This document shows positions 49,652 to 62,100 of a stretch of DNA of 64,000 nucleotides, piece by piece. The notes beneath the pieces are model-generated. The model did no database searches and was not told where the DNA came from. It was given only the letters and a program-made list of their open reading frames with translations. Position numbers and translations under genes: made by a program. Within the stretch, counting starts at the first letter, position 1; every line of letters starts with the position of its first letter. The DNA is from a virus. Its lineage: Duplodnaviria > Caudoviricetes. The stretch is from positions 96,001-160,000 of IMG/VR virus record IMGVR_UViG_3300021399_000102; one strand, written 5' to 3'.

Positions 49652-51077
49652 GCTTGAATACCTCCTTTAGGTTATTGATGTCTTTTCCACGAAGTATAGT
49701 GACATTGTTGGCAAGCATGCATTGATGCTTCGCTTCAAACTTTGCACATTCTCTGGCATATCGTTCATCGGACCATTTTTTGTTTCGATATGGATTGAAC
49801 ATGACTTCATGTCCCGATTCATCCACCTTGAAGAATTGATCTCCCTTGACTTCATATATCTTTCCATTTATAAGAAAGTCGGGTTGATATATCCATTTCC
49901 TTTCACAACATTCATATGTGAAAGATATATTTGGTTGATATTCACACGCTATATTGATGTTCTTGCAATAGTCATATACCTTAATTTCCCATTTGGAATC
50001 AAACCACATCCCATCATGCCAATATCTTTTCCTTCTTCGCACATGACAGACATGAGTTTGTTGGTATAATATGCCTCCGTGGTTTCGTCTATTAGTTTCT
50101 TGGCATTTATTCACCAATTCTTTCTTTTCTTGTTCGGACTTTTGCTCCCATTTCAATTTCCTGGCTTCAATGGCTTCTGGTCTGTTTCCTGGATCGGATG
50201 TTCCATATGTTTGCTGGAAAGCACATCGTATCTTTTCATTAGTCTCTTTTGATGCAAACCCTATTCCATTGTATCTGTCCATCTGCGTTTCCATTGCCCT
50301 GTTAAGTATATCTTTTGATTGCATTGGATTCTTGACACCAATCTTCTCCAAGCAAGTTCTTTCCCTGGATTCGACTGTTTGTCTAATCTCTTCCTCGGTT
50401 TTCTTGCTCCAAGTTTCATTTAACATGTCCTTGAATTCTGGTCGTTGAGTTGGATAATCCACATTCCATTTTCTTCTGCAGGTTGCTTTTCGCTTGGCCT
50501 TCCCTTCTTTTGTCTGGCATGCCAATTTTCCGCCATGATTCATCCTATCGTGCTTTTGTGTCAGTTCTATATTGTTGTAATTTTCGTTTCCATACTTCTC
50601 TTTCAAGGTAGCCTTGGACTTTCTTGTTCGTTCGTCAATTTCCTCTTTAGTCTTGTTCCTCCAAATCTGACGAAGATGTTCTTTAGCCTCTGGCAATTGA
50701 CCCCAACAATTCACGCCATGCGCTTTCTTGAAATTGTCTCGCATTGTCTTTTTTGTCTCTTCTGACTTCATTGCGCAAGAGTTGCAACAATAATCGCAAT
50801 AACCCCTCGGGACGGAATCTATGTTCTTCCATTCAAGCGGTTTATTGCATTCTGGATTCTTGCATCTTGGAAAGTCTGTCAAGTCGTGGACAATCCAATA
50901 CAGCTTTGTTCTGAAGGTATAGAATGGGTCAGAAAGATGTGTAGAGGTCTTCCACTCCACGAAGTCCTTGAGGTACGATTTCTTCTTGAAGATCATGCCA
51001 TAGGACTTATACTTGGAGCATATGTCCTTCACTTCTGTGGTATATTTCTCCACCTCTTCTGGCGTATATTCTTCCAT
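49635..51077 (-). mobile_element. Putative free-standing homing endonuclease (KYG/HGV-type repeats plus PD-(D/E)xK domain)
   Basis: CxNPEC...YCCNSC; repeated T..EKYG.ENY-like units; FDSKWE...YQPDF...YEVKG. Confidence 0.7.
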
Positions 51078-51085
51078 ATATTCAA

Positions 51086-51271
51086 TTATACCTTGTGTAT
51101 TTCACCTGTTGCCTTGGTATTTTTATCGTCCTCAACAAAGAACAAGCTCCCCTCAAACGCCTGGCGTCTTTCTTCAGCTTCCTCAGAACCATCTACGCCT
51201 TGTCCCATGGACTTGCGCAAACGGTCATATTCCTCTGGAGTTACTGAATAGAATCTAACTGGAATTGCCAT
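51086..51271 (-). CDS. Small late protein
   Basis: GTAAATA at 51305-51299. Confidence 0.5.
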   Translation of the reverse strand: MAIPVRFYSVTPEEYDRLRKSMGQGVDGSEEAEERRQAFEGSLFFVEDDKNTKATGEIHKV

Positions 51272-51360
51272 TGTCTCTCATCTTCGTTTCGTTTATGGTA
51301 TTTACCATTCTCGCTATGCAAAGGTAAATATTATCCAACAACCAATACACAACACATAAC

Positions 51361-51531
51361 ATGAGCTACAACCCAAGGAAAGACGACGTATATCGTCGGC
51401 TTCAGAATCTTCTTCAGTCAATTAAAATGGACAGTTTCAGCTTGACCAGCGACGATTAGTATTTTCTGGAGATGAAACTTGACGAATTCAAGAAACTGCT
51501 TGACGAGAAATACGACAACAAATCAAATTGA
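51361..51531 (+). CDS. Small late protein, 56 aa (1 in-frame TAG at 51457)
   Basis: Manual translation; GTAAATA at 51324-51330. Confidence 0.55.
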
Positions 51532-51611
51532 TTTACTACTACAAGTGAAATCAAACGGACTACCTCACATAGAAGAGGTAGCCGTTGTTCCTTTGACACA
51601 TTAATAATGTA

Positions 51612-53432
51612 TCAATCTTGCTCATATTGGTATTTGACTTTAATGAGCTTGAGACCCTTTGCAACGATTCTGTTGTTGGCAATCTCGCTTTGAGTGAGTT
51701 CAACTGGCTTCCATACCTTGTTCCTGATTTCAATTGACAAGGCATCGGAAATTTCTTCGGAATCTCCCTCCAACGCATCTTCAGTGAATGAACCAACTCC
51801 ACCAGTATGGCTGATGAAGAAAGAATATCCATCTGGGTCGAGAACGGTATATCTCTCGGTATAGGGGAATGCCCCGCCATAGTCGAACACGCGCCATCCA
51901 TCTGATTCAGAATCAATGGACTCGTCATATTCCTCGCCCGCATCTTCATCTTCTTCGTCTTGGTCGTAGATGCTTTGATATCCAGAATTCACTGCGTCAG
52001 CCAAGTCAGGAGCATTGAGTTCAATGTCAATGATTCCAGCATAGTATCCGGAGGTCTTGACATCAATATGGTCTGCCACAATCTTCTCCCTTGGAAGATC
52101 TATATGCATCCATCCATATCCATAGCTGAATGTGATGTCAAGTTCCTGATTCTCAACCTCATTCCTCAAATCTTGCTCGGACTCCTCGTCGTCTTCCCAT
52201 TGCTTGGAATAGACCACGGTCGCCACACCACCATCAATCTGGGCTGTTGGCGTATCGCCAAACTCATGGGCTTGCCAGAAGAAGTCGTTCTCATAATCCT
52301 CTGCACCAATCTCGTATTCACTAGGAAGGATTTCAACTTTGCATTCGTAATAGCCATAGTATTTGTCCGGAACGAGCTTCTTGCTCAATATCTTCCCGAA
52401 CTTCAAGCCCTTGATTGTCACGGTATAGCCAGCGCCAGCTCCTTCCTTCACAAGTTTCTTGGATTCTTCCATGTTGGAGTTGTCCAAATGTACTGTCTCT
52501 CCCACATCCAATTCCTTCAACTGCTTGGTTGGAATATCCTTGAGACCATATGTTTGAAGGAATGCATGAATATGCGTCAAAGTAGTTGTAGAGAGGTAGT
52601 CGTTGAGAAGCGAGAAGTCTTGTCCGTTTCCACCTTCACATCTTTCAATTCTGGCAACCGGAGTGTCGTATGAAAGGAGCGTGAAACCATCTCCATCGTC
52701 CTCTACATACGCCTTGCGTCCAAATGAGGCGCGTCCATTTGTGGGTTCAAGTTCGCGTCTCATTCCCTCGTTATACCTCATTCCGAGTCCATCGTCTTCC
52801 ACCAAACCTTCGTCTGTCCAAAGCAACCAATCCTTGACTCGCTTCTTGTCCCTTTCGCTGGCTTCGCTTGGATAGACATCATCAACACTATATCCAAAGT
52901 AGTCCTCAATCATTCCAGAGAGGTTCATTTCCCCATCACCTTCGTAGATATATGAAGGAACTTTGATGTATACACTCGTTGGCAAGCCTTCCGGTGGCTC
53001 ATCACCTTCTACATCCCAAGCAACGGAAACACGAAGGAAGGTATATTCCTCGTCGTTTGCGATTCTGTCATTGAGTTTAGATTCTTTAATTTTTTTCATG
53101 ATTTTGCTCTCTTTTTTGCAGTTGTTGCGATCAAGGACGAGTTCACCAATCCTTATCAGTTTGCCAAGATATGAATTCAATCCAGCAAGGGAAGTGCGTT
53201 TTCCAATTCCAATCGCGGTTTTCAGGTCTTCGTCTGCGCCAGGTATCCCATCATAGGAGTCCAGAATGTCCTTTGCCAGTATGTCCAAAATATTGGCGTT
53301 CTATGTGTTCCCGCCAAATTGCATCTGATATTCGTACCATTTGCGAACATTCTCTATCGTCTAGTCGTTCAGTTGCATGCCTTCAAGTGGCATGTCTCGC
53401 AAGCTCTCGTTGAATCTTGATATTGTCTTCAT
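51612..53432 (-). CDS. Acidic multidomain late protein, up to 606 aa (2 in-frame TAG), possible internal head protein
   Basis: Extends 5' of the track ORF through two TAGs to ATG 53432; FNES/IKES/VKEG motifs. Confidence 0.65.
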
Positions 53433-53458
53433 GATGTTATTATTTACAATAAACACCA

Positions 53459-54454
53459 TCAAAACATCGCTGAGGCCTTTACGCCAATGACAGTTACATA
53501 TATCTCAGACTTCGCGTTCTGAGACATGACATTGAGATTGAGGTGCATGAGGTTCAGCTTTGATATGACAATCTCAATGTCCTTTGCCTTGGAGGTTGCC
53601 ACAAAGCTTCGGCAGGTGGTTGCCAATGAGTCCAAGATGGTCTTGTTGCAAAGGAACACGAAGTTCAGGGCAGTGCTGTTGATTGGGCAGATGTCCTTGT
53701 AGTTCTCTGCTGCGAACGTAATCTTGCCAAACTCCACACTCACCTTGTTTCCAATGTTGGACTTGACGAGCTTTTGGTTGTCAGAGATTGTGGCATAGAG
53801 GGTGTTTGTCAATGGGTCTTTGATTACGTCATCTTCAATCTTGGCTTGCTCTGGCGTCTGAACCTTGATGGAGCTTTCTGTGGTCTCTGACAAGGTGGAC
53901 ATGAGATCGTTGATTTCACTGAACTTGTTGGCATTGACCGTGGCAGTCATCAAGAAGTTTGAGTTCAAGTCCTCAAGGTTGGCCGTTTGATGGACGACAT
54001 TGCCATATTTTGATGGAACCAGAACCTTCTCGATGTTTCCAAGTTGGCTTTCCATTATGGCGTTCGTGGATAGCTGGAACTTGATGTTGTATTTGGGCGA
54101 GGCGATTCGGATATAGCTTGCTTTGTCGCAAACCATCAACTTCACCTTACCTGAACTGAACAACGTGCTGTCCTTGATGTCGTAGTATTTGCCAATGTTC
54201 TTCAACACCACTATGAGCTTCTTCACGTTTGGGATGAACAACGTGATGTTGTCAGGACAGCCTTCTTGCTCTTCCTCAATGTGTATTGATGATGTGAACA
54301 AGTCAGACTTGCCAGTAGCCCACTTGTTGAACATCGTGGTTTCCTTCAACCCAATCGTGGCTTGGCAACATGAAGCTGCCAAAGTCGTGTCAAATGTCGT
54401 CAATGCGCCGAGCAGTTGCTCGAAATCCTCTACCTTCAACTTGAATTCTGCCAT
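53459..54454 (-). CDS. Hypothetical protein, possibly sliding-clamp-like
   Basis: Size, beta-rich pattern and replication context only. Confidence 0.4.
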   Translation of the reverse strand: MAEFKLKVEDFEQLLGALTTFDTTLAASCCQATIGLKETTMFNKWATGKSDLFTSSIHIEEEQEGCPDNITLFIPNVKKLIVVLKNIGKYYDIKDSTLFSSGKVKLMVCDKASYIRIASPKYNIKFQLSTNAIMESQLGNIEKVLVPSKYGNVVHQTANLEDLNSNFLMTATVNANKFSEINDLMSTLSETTESSIKVQTPEQAKIEDDVIKDPLTNTLYATISDNQKLVKSNIGNKVSVEFGKITFAAENYKDICPINSTALNFVFLCNKTILDSLATTCRSFVATSKAKDIEIVISKLNLMHLNLNVMSQNAKSEIYVTVIGVKASAMF

Positions 54455-54473
54455 TGTCTATACGCCTTTCCAA

Positions 54474-55166
54474 TCAGTATGAAGCAACCAACCAAAGCCT
54501 GTCTTCGGTGTCCATCGTCTCCTTTACGACTTTCCGTATGTTCTCCTGGTAGTGCTTCACGTCGATAAAATCAACAAATGGATCATTCACCTTCAAGTCC
54601 TTCAGACAATCGCCCAAGATTCTATATCCAATCTTCTGGGAGAAGTAGCCAATCCATTTCGCAATTCCAAACTCCAACACCTTGCCATTCCATTTTTCCC
54701 CCATTACCCAAACCCTATATGGATCAATCTCCCTGATGAAGTCCCCGCATGGCTTGAGTGGCCGATTGTCCCTTCTGCACTCCTTGAACAAGTCATAGAG
54801 ATTCCAAGAGCAAGAGTCGAATATGGTTGTTCCAGGGAGCTTGTCGCAGTCGAAATTCAGGTGCGTGTTTCCATCTTCGTGGCCAGAGATTGAATCCACA
54901 ATCCACCTCAAATAGACATTGAAGTCTGAATCGCGCATCCGGACGAGGCACTTCACGAGATCTTCTGACCCCGATACATTCTTGAGAATGTCATCCTTTG
55001 TCAGGGTTTGGCACTTGTCCTTGAGTTCCTTCCATTTCTCTGCCCTCTTCTCCTTCTCGTCCCCCAAATACCAGCAAAATCCACTTTCTATGGCTTCTCT
55101 CAATGCGTAGATTTCCTCAAGGTCTATGCTTTTGGGTGTGCGAACCACTGACATGTCAAGTCCCAT
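54474..55166 (-). CDS. Hypothetical protein (MGLDM-start phage family)
   Basis: MGLDM N-terminus; AGGAG SD. Confidence 0.6.
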   Translation of the reverse strand: MGLDMSVVRTPKSIDLEEIYALREAIESGFCWYLGDEKEKRAEKWKELKDKCQTLTKDDILKNVSGSEDLVKCLVRMRDSDFNVYLRWIVDSISGHEDGNTHLNFDCDKLPGTTIFDSCSWNLYDLFKECRRDNRPLKPCGDFIREIDPYRVWVMGEKWNGKVLEFGIAKWIGYFSQKIGYRILGDCLKDLKVNDPFVDFIDVKHYQENIRKVVKETMDTEDRLWLVASY

Positions 55167-55292
55167 TCTCGTCTCTCCTAATTTGTTGTCTATTCAATTA
55201 TACACCATCTTGGTTGTTGAATTAAGCGTTTACTTCCATTCGTGGGAATGGTATAATTGAGAAGAACTGCAAGAGGATTTCACAGACGACCT

Positions 55293-56816
55293 ATGGCGAA
55301 TTACAATGGCAAATCAAATGACGTGTTCAAGGAAGAATTGTCGAGCAAGACCCTTGAACTTATGTTGTTTCGGGAAATGATTGTCAATCAAGAGTTTCTT
55401 GGGAGACTTTCAGATGTGGTGGATTTCAGATGGTTTCGCACCCCACACATACGCTTGATGGCAGAGTTTGCAGTTGGATACTTCAGAAAATATGGTGGAT
55501 TGGTCTCAAGGGACTTGATTGAGTCCATGATTCAGAGAAGGAACGAGAATCAAGTCATTGAAGCGAACAAGATTGACCTCAATGTTGCATTATACGACTT
55601 CAACAAGGCGAAGGAGCTTGACCTTGGCTCAATGGAGAAGTCAGCACAAATCTCCAAGATTCAGGAGTACGTGAAGCAAGAAGCAATGAGGAATGCCCTT
55701 CTGGATTCAGCAACAAGCCTTGAAAGCAAGGACACAGATGGGTTGATTGAGAATACCCTCAAGAAGTTCGACGACATTCAGAGGATTCTGTTCGAGGAAA
55801 TAGATTTTGGCGTGGAGATGTCAGCAGAGGAAGTTGATGCATCGCTTGAAGACCACATCGACTTTCTCACAAATCCCTCAGCGAGAATTCCCACTCTTTG
55901 GGGATGCCTTGATGATGTCACCCACGGTGGATTTTTCAAGGATGGAAAGTTCTTGGGGGTGTTCATGGCTCAGGCTGGCCTTGGAAAGTCCAACATCTTG
56001 GCGAATTTGGGCTACAACTTCTTGAAGCAGAACCTCAAGGTGGCAGTGATCTCGATGGAGATGAGCCAGAATGTGTATCTTCGCAGATTCGACTCGCTCA
56101 TATCCAAGATTGACATCGACGAATTGGGGTTGTCCAGCATGGTTGGGCAGTTGAAGGAGAAGGTTGAGAGGTTCTACAAGTTCGACTATCCGGGTGCAAG
56201 GCTCAACATCAAGGAGTTTCCACCCAACAGCAAGTCGGCGAAGAACTTGGAGCAGTATGTGGAGGAATTGGTGGTGGCGAAGGGATGGAAGCCAGACGTC
56301 CTCATCATAGACTACCTCAACCTGCTCAAGCCAAATGGTGGTTCGTCAAAGGGTGATGCCTCACTATATGAAGATGGCAAGATTGTGTCAGAGCAACTTC
56401 GCGCATTGTCATATCATCTTGAGATTCCAGTTCTCACAGCAGTTCAGTGCAACTCCAGTGGCTTCAACACAGCAGACATTGGAATGCAGAACATCGCTGA
56501 ATCCAGGGGCATTGCCCATACTGCCGACTTCATCGCTGGTCTATATCAAACCGAAGACGAGCAAGTTCAAGGCGTGTTCCACATGAAGATATTGAAGTCC
56601 CGTCTTGGCGAGAGCAAGAACTTGAAGTTTGAGTTCGACAAGCACACGATGGAGTTCAGAGACATCAATGACGTTGTGGATACCAATGAAGCGAAGGAAA
56701 TTGTCGCAAGTTCCACAAACTCAAACCTCATCAAGAAGTCACTTGGATTGCCAAAGTGTCAAGTTGATGACATTGAAGCAGACATATTGTTCAAGAACGA
56801 CTTGGGGATGCCGTGA
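55293..56816 (+). CDS. Replicative DnaB-like helicase (T4 gp41-like)
   Basis: AQAGLGKS, SMEMS, IIDYLNL, TAVQCN, AESRGIAHTADF, LKSR. Confidence 0.92.
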   Translation: MANYNGKSNDVFKEELSSKTLELMLFREMIVNQEFLGRLSDVVDFRWFRTPHIRLMAEFAVGYFRKYGGLVSRDLIESMIQRRNENQVIEANKIDLNVALYDFNKAKELDLGSMEKSAQISKIQEYVKQEAMRNALLDSATSLESKDTDGLIENTLKKFDDIQRILFEEIDFGVEMSAEEVDASLEDHIDFLTNPSARIPTLWGCLDDVTHGGFFKDGKFLGVFMAQAGLGKSNILANLGYNFLKQNLKVAVISMEMSQNVYLRRFDSLISKIDIDELGLSSMVGQLKEKVERFYKFDYPGARLNIKEFPPNSKSAKNLEQYVEELVVAKGWKPDVLIIDYLNLLKPNGGSSKGDASLYEDGKIVSEQLRALSYHLEIPVLTAVQCNSSGFNTADIGMQNIAESRGIAHTADFIAGLYQTEDEQVQGVFHMKILKSRLGESKNLKFEFDKHTMEFRDINDVVDTNEAKEIVASSTNSNLIKKSLGLPKCQVDDIEADILFKNDLGMP

Positions 56817-56848
56817 AGACATTGTTGGCGATGTCATTTTCCAACAAT

Positions 56849-58231
56849 TCAAGTATAAAAATTGGAAACAGCAAGTCTTCTGCAGGTCGGAACCAATATA
56901 GTGGACTGGACCCAGTTTATCCCATCGGTCGAATAGAGAGTTGGGTTGTTTGCGTCCCTGTATTGATGTACATTCGCGGCCTATGAACTTGAATTGATTA
57001 CTGAACGAAGAGCTAACACAAACATGCTTCCAGTAAATATAAGATGTGCTCCAGAAGTCTGGACAGTAACCGTTGGCTACTGTGATGAATATTGCGTTTC
57101 TTTATCAAATGTCACTGTTGGCAGTTTCTTGACTTGTCTCCATCCAGAAAGTAGGTTTCCATTTGCTGTTTTTGTATAGATATAGTCCTATGCGACAAGA
57201 ACATAAACGCCATTGCCTTCCACTATACGCACCCTGTAATGATAATCCCATTCAATTGGTATTGAGTTCCCATTGGTGTCAGTTGGGTATTGGTCATATA
57301 CCCATGAAATGCCATCTGAACCGAGTGTTCCAATGCAAAAGCAAACGGTGTGGTAGTGCATAGAATCTATCGAAGCACCGGCACATACTATTTGGTTGTT
57401 TATTATTGTGCAACTGTTGTAATCGAAATTGGTAGCAGATAGACGATTAAGTGCGTTAGTGAAAGTCTATCCCCCATCAATGGAGAAGTCCAATTTCCCT
57501 CCACCACATGTATGCATGACCAAAAACACGTCTTTCATCTCGTTTGATACGGTTATGCGTCCGTAGCAACAATCTTCAAACACATCAGTAGTCATGTAGA
57601 CATCTGTCCCAGCAGTGTTAAGTTTAGACCGTGTCCAATTTATTCCATCGGTGGAATACCATGGACCCACGTAGTCTCCTGCTGTTTCCCCTGGATAAAC
57701 TGGATCGCACACAACTATGTATCTTGGTGAGTTTTCGTACAGTCCACCACAGCAAAATACCATTTTCTACATTTTTGTATTGCCATCTATCCAATTTATT
57801 CCATCGGTGGAATATTGGGGTCTTGCGCTGGTTCCAGTAGTATACACAGTACGTATGAACTTTCCTTCGGGTCCAGACCAGCACACGCTTGATACTGGCA
57901 ATATGCTTGCATCTTCACTATCTCTCCAATTGAAGTTTGTTTCAGTTGCGTCGCCAACATATTGGGTTGCTCCCATCGTGCTGCTATCATATCCATTTAT
58001 TCCTGTAGATAGACCGAATGCTCCAACAACAGTACTATACTATCTCCATATGGCATATAATGTCGTGTCTCTTGGAAAACCGGCTTCTACATAATCGCCA
58101 TCTTGGTATTGCACATTGATGGCGTTTTTATCTGTATTCCAACCCATGAAGTCGAATCCTGGACGAACAAATGTATTTGCGTTCAGTTTTGTCTTCAAGT
58201 TTCTCAGTGTTCTTTGTGTTTGCTTCGCCAT
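56849..58231 (-). CDS. Putative receptor-binding/fibre protein with Asp-box-like repeats, 460 aa (6 in-frame TAG)
   Basis: Continuous frame with TAG as Gln; three YSTDGINW and one FSIDGGQTF; N-terminal InlB-B-like repeat. Confidence 0.7.
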
Positions 58232-58245
58232 GTTGATATTTGTCC

Positions 58246-59151
58246 TTATGCTATCTTTATATCCAATTTAAGTATTTTCATAGTTACAACATCAAACTGG
58301 CTCTGTGTCAAGTTGTAGCCAGTTGGTCCTTTGTAGTACAACCGGATCACATTGTCTCCAGTGGTTTTACTTACCAATTTGCTGTTCAATCCTGTCGCCC
58401 CCAAAGCCTTGAATTCTTTGTATTGGGGAAAAGACGATGGATACTAAAGCTATACCACATAGTTTGTATTTGGGCAAAACCTGATGCCAAACTAACTATA
58501 TGTGTTACTATCTGCGTCATTGTTTATAACAATCCAATTGTTAGAAGTTTGGGTAATTCCAAACATTCCACTGCTAACACCACTACTAATTGCTGTGAAG
58601 TAATTTCCACCTGTATTCAGGTTGTCGTTGATGAACTATGTTATTTGTTGTGGCGTTTGGTTTTCAATCGTAACAATCCCAGATTCCATTGTATTTGCAT
58701 ACACAAGTGGTACGATACGCAAGGTATAGGAATATGACGTAGTTGTAGGATTTATTTTTATGACAGATCCAGATCCACAATAAAACCCTACATCCGAAAA
58801 TCGTGCCGGTACCGAAACAGAATCCACAATACAAGGTACACTAGTGGAGTCACCACCATTAATATTTGTGCGATAATACCACACAAAGCAATCACACGGA
58901 ATGGTAACCGATTGTTGCGAAAGTATTGAACCTACCGTAATCGTAGATCCCCAATCCGGGATATTTCCATTGTATATGTTCCCGCTTGTATTTCCTAAGT
59001 TAGATATTCCTATTTTGGATCTCAGACTTGCAATGGATACCTTCTTCGACCTATTTGTTCTTTCGCTTGTGTCTACGATGTATAGGATGTCATCGTCGGC
59101 GATGTCATTTTCCTGCAACTCGGTCATTTCACTTACTTTTATGTTTGACAT
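58246..59151 (-). CDS. Putative fibre-associated virion protein, 301 aa (4 in-frame TAG)
   Basis: MSNIKVSEM...DDILYIVD...SKKVSI N-terminus; reads through TAGs to TAA 58246. Confidence 0.65.
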
Positions 59152-59167
59152 TATTTGTTTCCCCCTA

Positions 59168-62100
59168 TTATTCGACGATTATGTTATCGTTATTTTCTGC
59201 TATTATTGGAATGTCGTCCTCTGTGACAAGAAACTCATCCCCATCGTTTGAGTCGAATGTCAATGTCACAGGATCTTCAATCCACTTTGCATACAACGTT
59301 TTGTCTTCTGCAAAATCGCAGATGTGTGCGTTTTCTCCAGACGATGTGTAGTATTGCACTCCTCCTCCATTTGGGTAAGAGTAGTATCCACCAAAGATGT
59401 ATCCTGTCCTCGTTGGTGGGGTTATGGTTGGCATTGCCTCACCATAGGTTGCTGTCACGCCTGATGTTCCACCAGTCCCGTTTTGCCTATTGAATGTCAC
59501 TGTACATTGAATGGCTTGCCATGTAGGAGTCATTGTAATGTCACCGAATGTATTGGCAGGAATGTACAATTTTTCGGGGTCAGTGCTGATCACATAAGGA
59601 CTTGTACCACTATACCCAGAAAATGTCCAACCAGATATTCTATATCCTGTTCTTTCAGGCAATGTAATTGATATGTTGCTTTGCAAACTTGAAGATTTGT
59701 AGTAGTGGTTTGGTGTAGTGAAGCCAGAAGAACCACCATTTGGATTGACAGTTATTGTATATCCATTGCGCCACCAAGCATATAATGTATGGTTATTCGG
59801 TGTAGTTACCGTGGTACTTGAATCCACCAATGTCCCAGATGAAGTGTCAGACTGGGCTTCTGTATACCACCCACTAAACAAGGTATACTATACATTGGTT
59901 GTTGGTGTTGGCAATTCTCCATATGGAGAACCATATGTAACCAACTTGGATGTGGGGGATACCGAACCATGTCCTGGATTGAAGGTCACGGTATATTTGG
60001 GAGATTCCCAAACAGCATATAAATCAACTGTCGCTCCATCTGTTGAAGTAAGATTCTTCACACTTTGTCCATTGTTGTATTCTTTGTTTCCATCTCTGCT
60101 CTTTGCCCAACCTTGAAACGTGCTGCCTGTTTTGGAGAAACCATTTGGACTCAAGCTCTATTCAATGCCATATGTGAAGTTCTATGGATCCATAGTCCCG
60201 GTTCCACCATTCGGGTTGAATCTCACCGAATAGGTGTTTGGTTTCCATTGTGCTGCAATTGTTACCTATCCATCATTCAATTCTGTCAAGTTATTGAAAC
60301 TCACTGCACCACTTGGACTTCCATTTGCGCATAGCATTGACGAAGATGTTATGATATTATTGCACGATGATATGGATGTTCCATATTTTGCGGTAGTTGT
60401 ATTCAATCCACTTTCCACACACCAACCCTTGAACTGGTATCCTGTTCTGACCAAGGCGTCAACAAGAAATGCGTTGTCAAATGTTGCAGATATGTCAGAG
60501 AGAGTCCCACCATATCCATTGCTTATATGCACAAAATATGTGTTCGCCTCCCAATTTGCGATTATCTCCATATCCTCTTCTGGGGCAATATCAGAGGAAA
60601 CAACTTTCCTTTCCAACGTCTCATCATCAGTATACCAACCAGAGAATTGATATCCTTGTCTCACAGGAATTGGGAAATCTCCAGATGGGGTGTTTCTTTC
60701 GTAACTAAACGCCTGCCCTGTCCAACAACTCCTTGTCTATGGAACATCATCCTCAAAGTAGCCCAAGTTCGTATTGAAGGTAAGTGTCATCTTTCCATCC
60801 TTCCAATGGGCATAAAGCGTGTGGTTGCTTGGAGTTGTCACTATTGTGCTTGACTTTACTTCAGAACCTCCTCCCTCACGTGTGAACCATCCAATAAAGG
60901 CATAATCGTCGTGAGTTGGCGTTGGCAATGTTCCATATTCCTGTCCATATGTCACTGACTTTGTTTGATGCTCAACATTCCCCTCTGTTGGGTCAAATGT
61001 CACGACGTAATTGTTGGCAGTCCAATGGGCATACAATGTTGTTGGTGCTGATGGTTGATATTCCTGTCCAGAACCATCTATCTCGATTCCATCATTGTTC
61101 GGGGAAGTCCACCATTTGGTGAATGTATATCCTGTCCTGTTGGCGTTTGGCAAATATATATTGCCCCAATTTCCCCATTTGGCATACAATGTTATGCTGG
61201 TTTCTGTTGTCAAGTTCTTGACATTCTATTGGTTGTTGTAGATCTTGTCCCCGGCGGCGCTCGTCGCCCAACCCAAGAATTCCCTATATGAAGTCAAACT
61301 GGATTCTGTTGGATATCCACCGTTTCCGTTGAAGCTTACCACCAAAGAGTTAGAGAACTCGTTCTATCTCAACTTCTGATATACATCGTATGTGAATGTC
61401 TGATCTTCCATCGTACCAGTTCCACCGTTGGCATTGAACTTCACGATGTATATTCTGATATCCCAATTCGCCACATAGGACTTGTTTCCTGTTGAACCTG
61501 TTGGAATGGATACTTCGGTTTGTGGCGTATTGCCATTGCTTCCTGTCCATCCAACGAATTGACGGCCAACATATTCTGGCGTAAGCAAGTCATACTTGTT
61601 TGACTCTATATTATAACTTGCTCTTGGTGTTTGACCAGAACTCCAACTTCCACCATTGAGGTTGTATGATATGGTATAGTTGGTCAAGTTCCAATGTGCG
61701 TAACATTCAAAGCTATGCTCCACTGTCAAGTCACTTGTTATTTGTTCTCCATCTTCTGACCACCAATGGTCTTGGCTATATCCTGTTCGGTTTGCTATTG
61801 GAAGCGTACCAACTTTAGAGCCATATTCCCTCTCTGAGGTAAATGTCTCGCATCCAGGATAGTTTGGATTCCAAGTGATTGTGTATGTATCGGCTATCCA
61901 CTGCTCATACAAGTTCAAGTCGTTATATACCTTCTTTGTTGCAAATACTTGATCACCATCTGTCCTTGCAGTAAACCATCCCTTGAATGTATATCCCTAT
62001 CTTGTTGGGTTTGGTGGAAGTTCCCCAAGTCTTGCACCCTGTCGTATTTTTGGGTGGCGTCCAGATTCACCATCCCATATTATGTATGGGGCCGTTTCGT

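Noticed and set aside
49635-51271. Group I intron splitting 51086-51271 from the gp3-like gene around the endonuclease
   Set aside because: Almost no non-coding space for a ribozyme core; both flanking ORFs have their own start and stop.
53459-54454. Firm sliding-clamp (gp45) call
   Set aside because: No diagnostic motif visible; needs a profile or structure search, so kept at low confidence.
57634-57814. 25-nt direct repeat as CRISPR or DGR template/variable repeat
   Set aside because: Only two exact copies, both encoding YSTDGINW in frame; no adenine-specific mismatches and no reverse transcriptase in the window.
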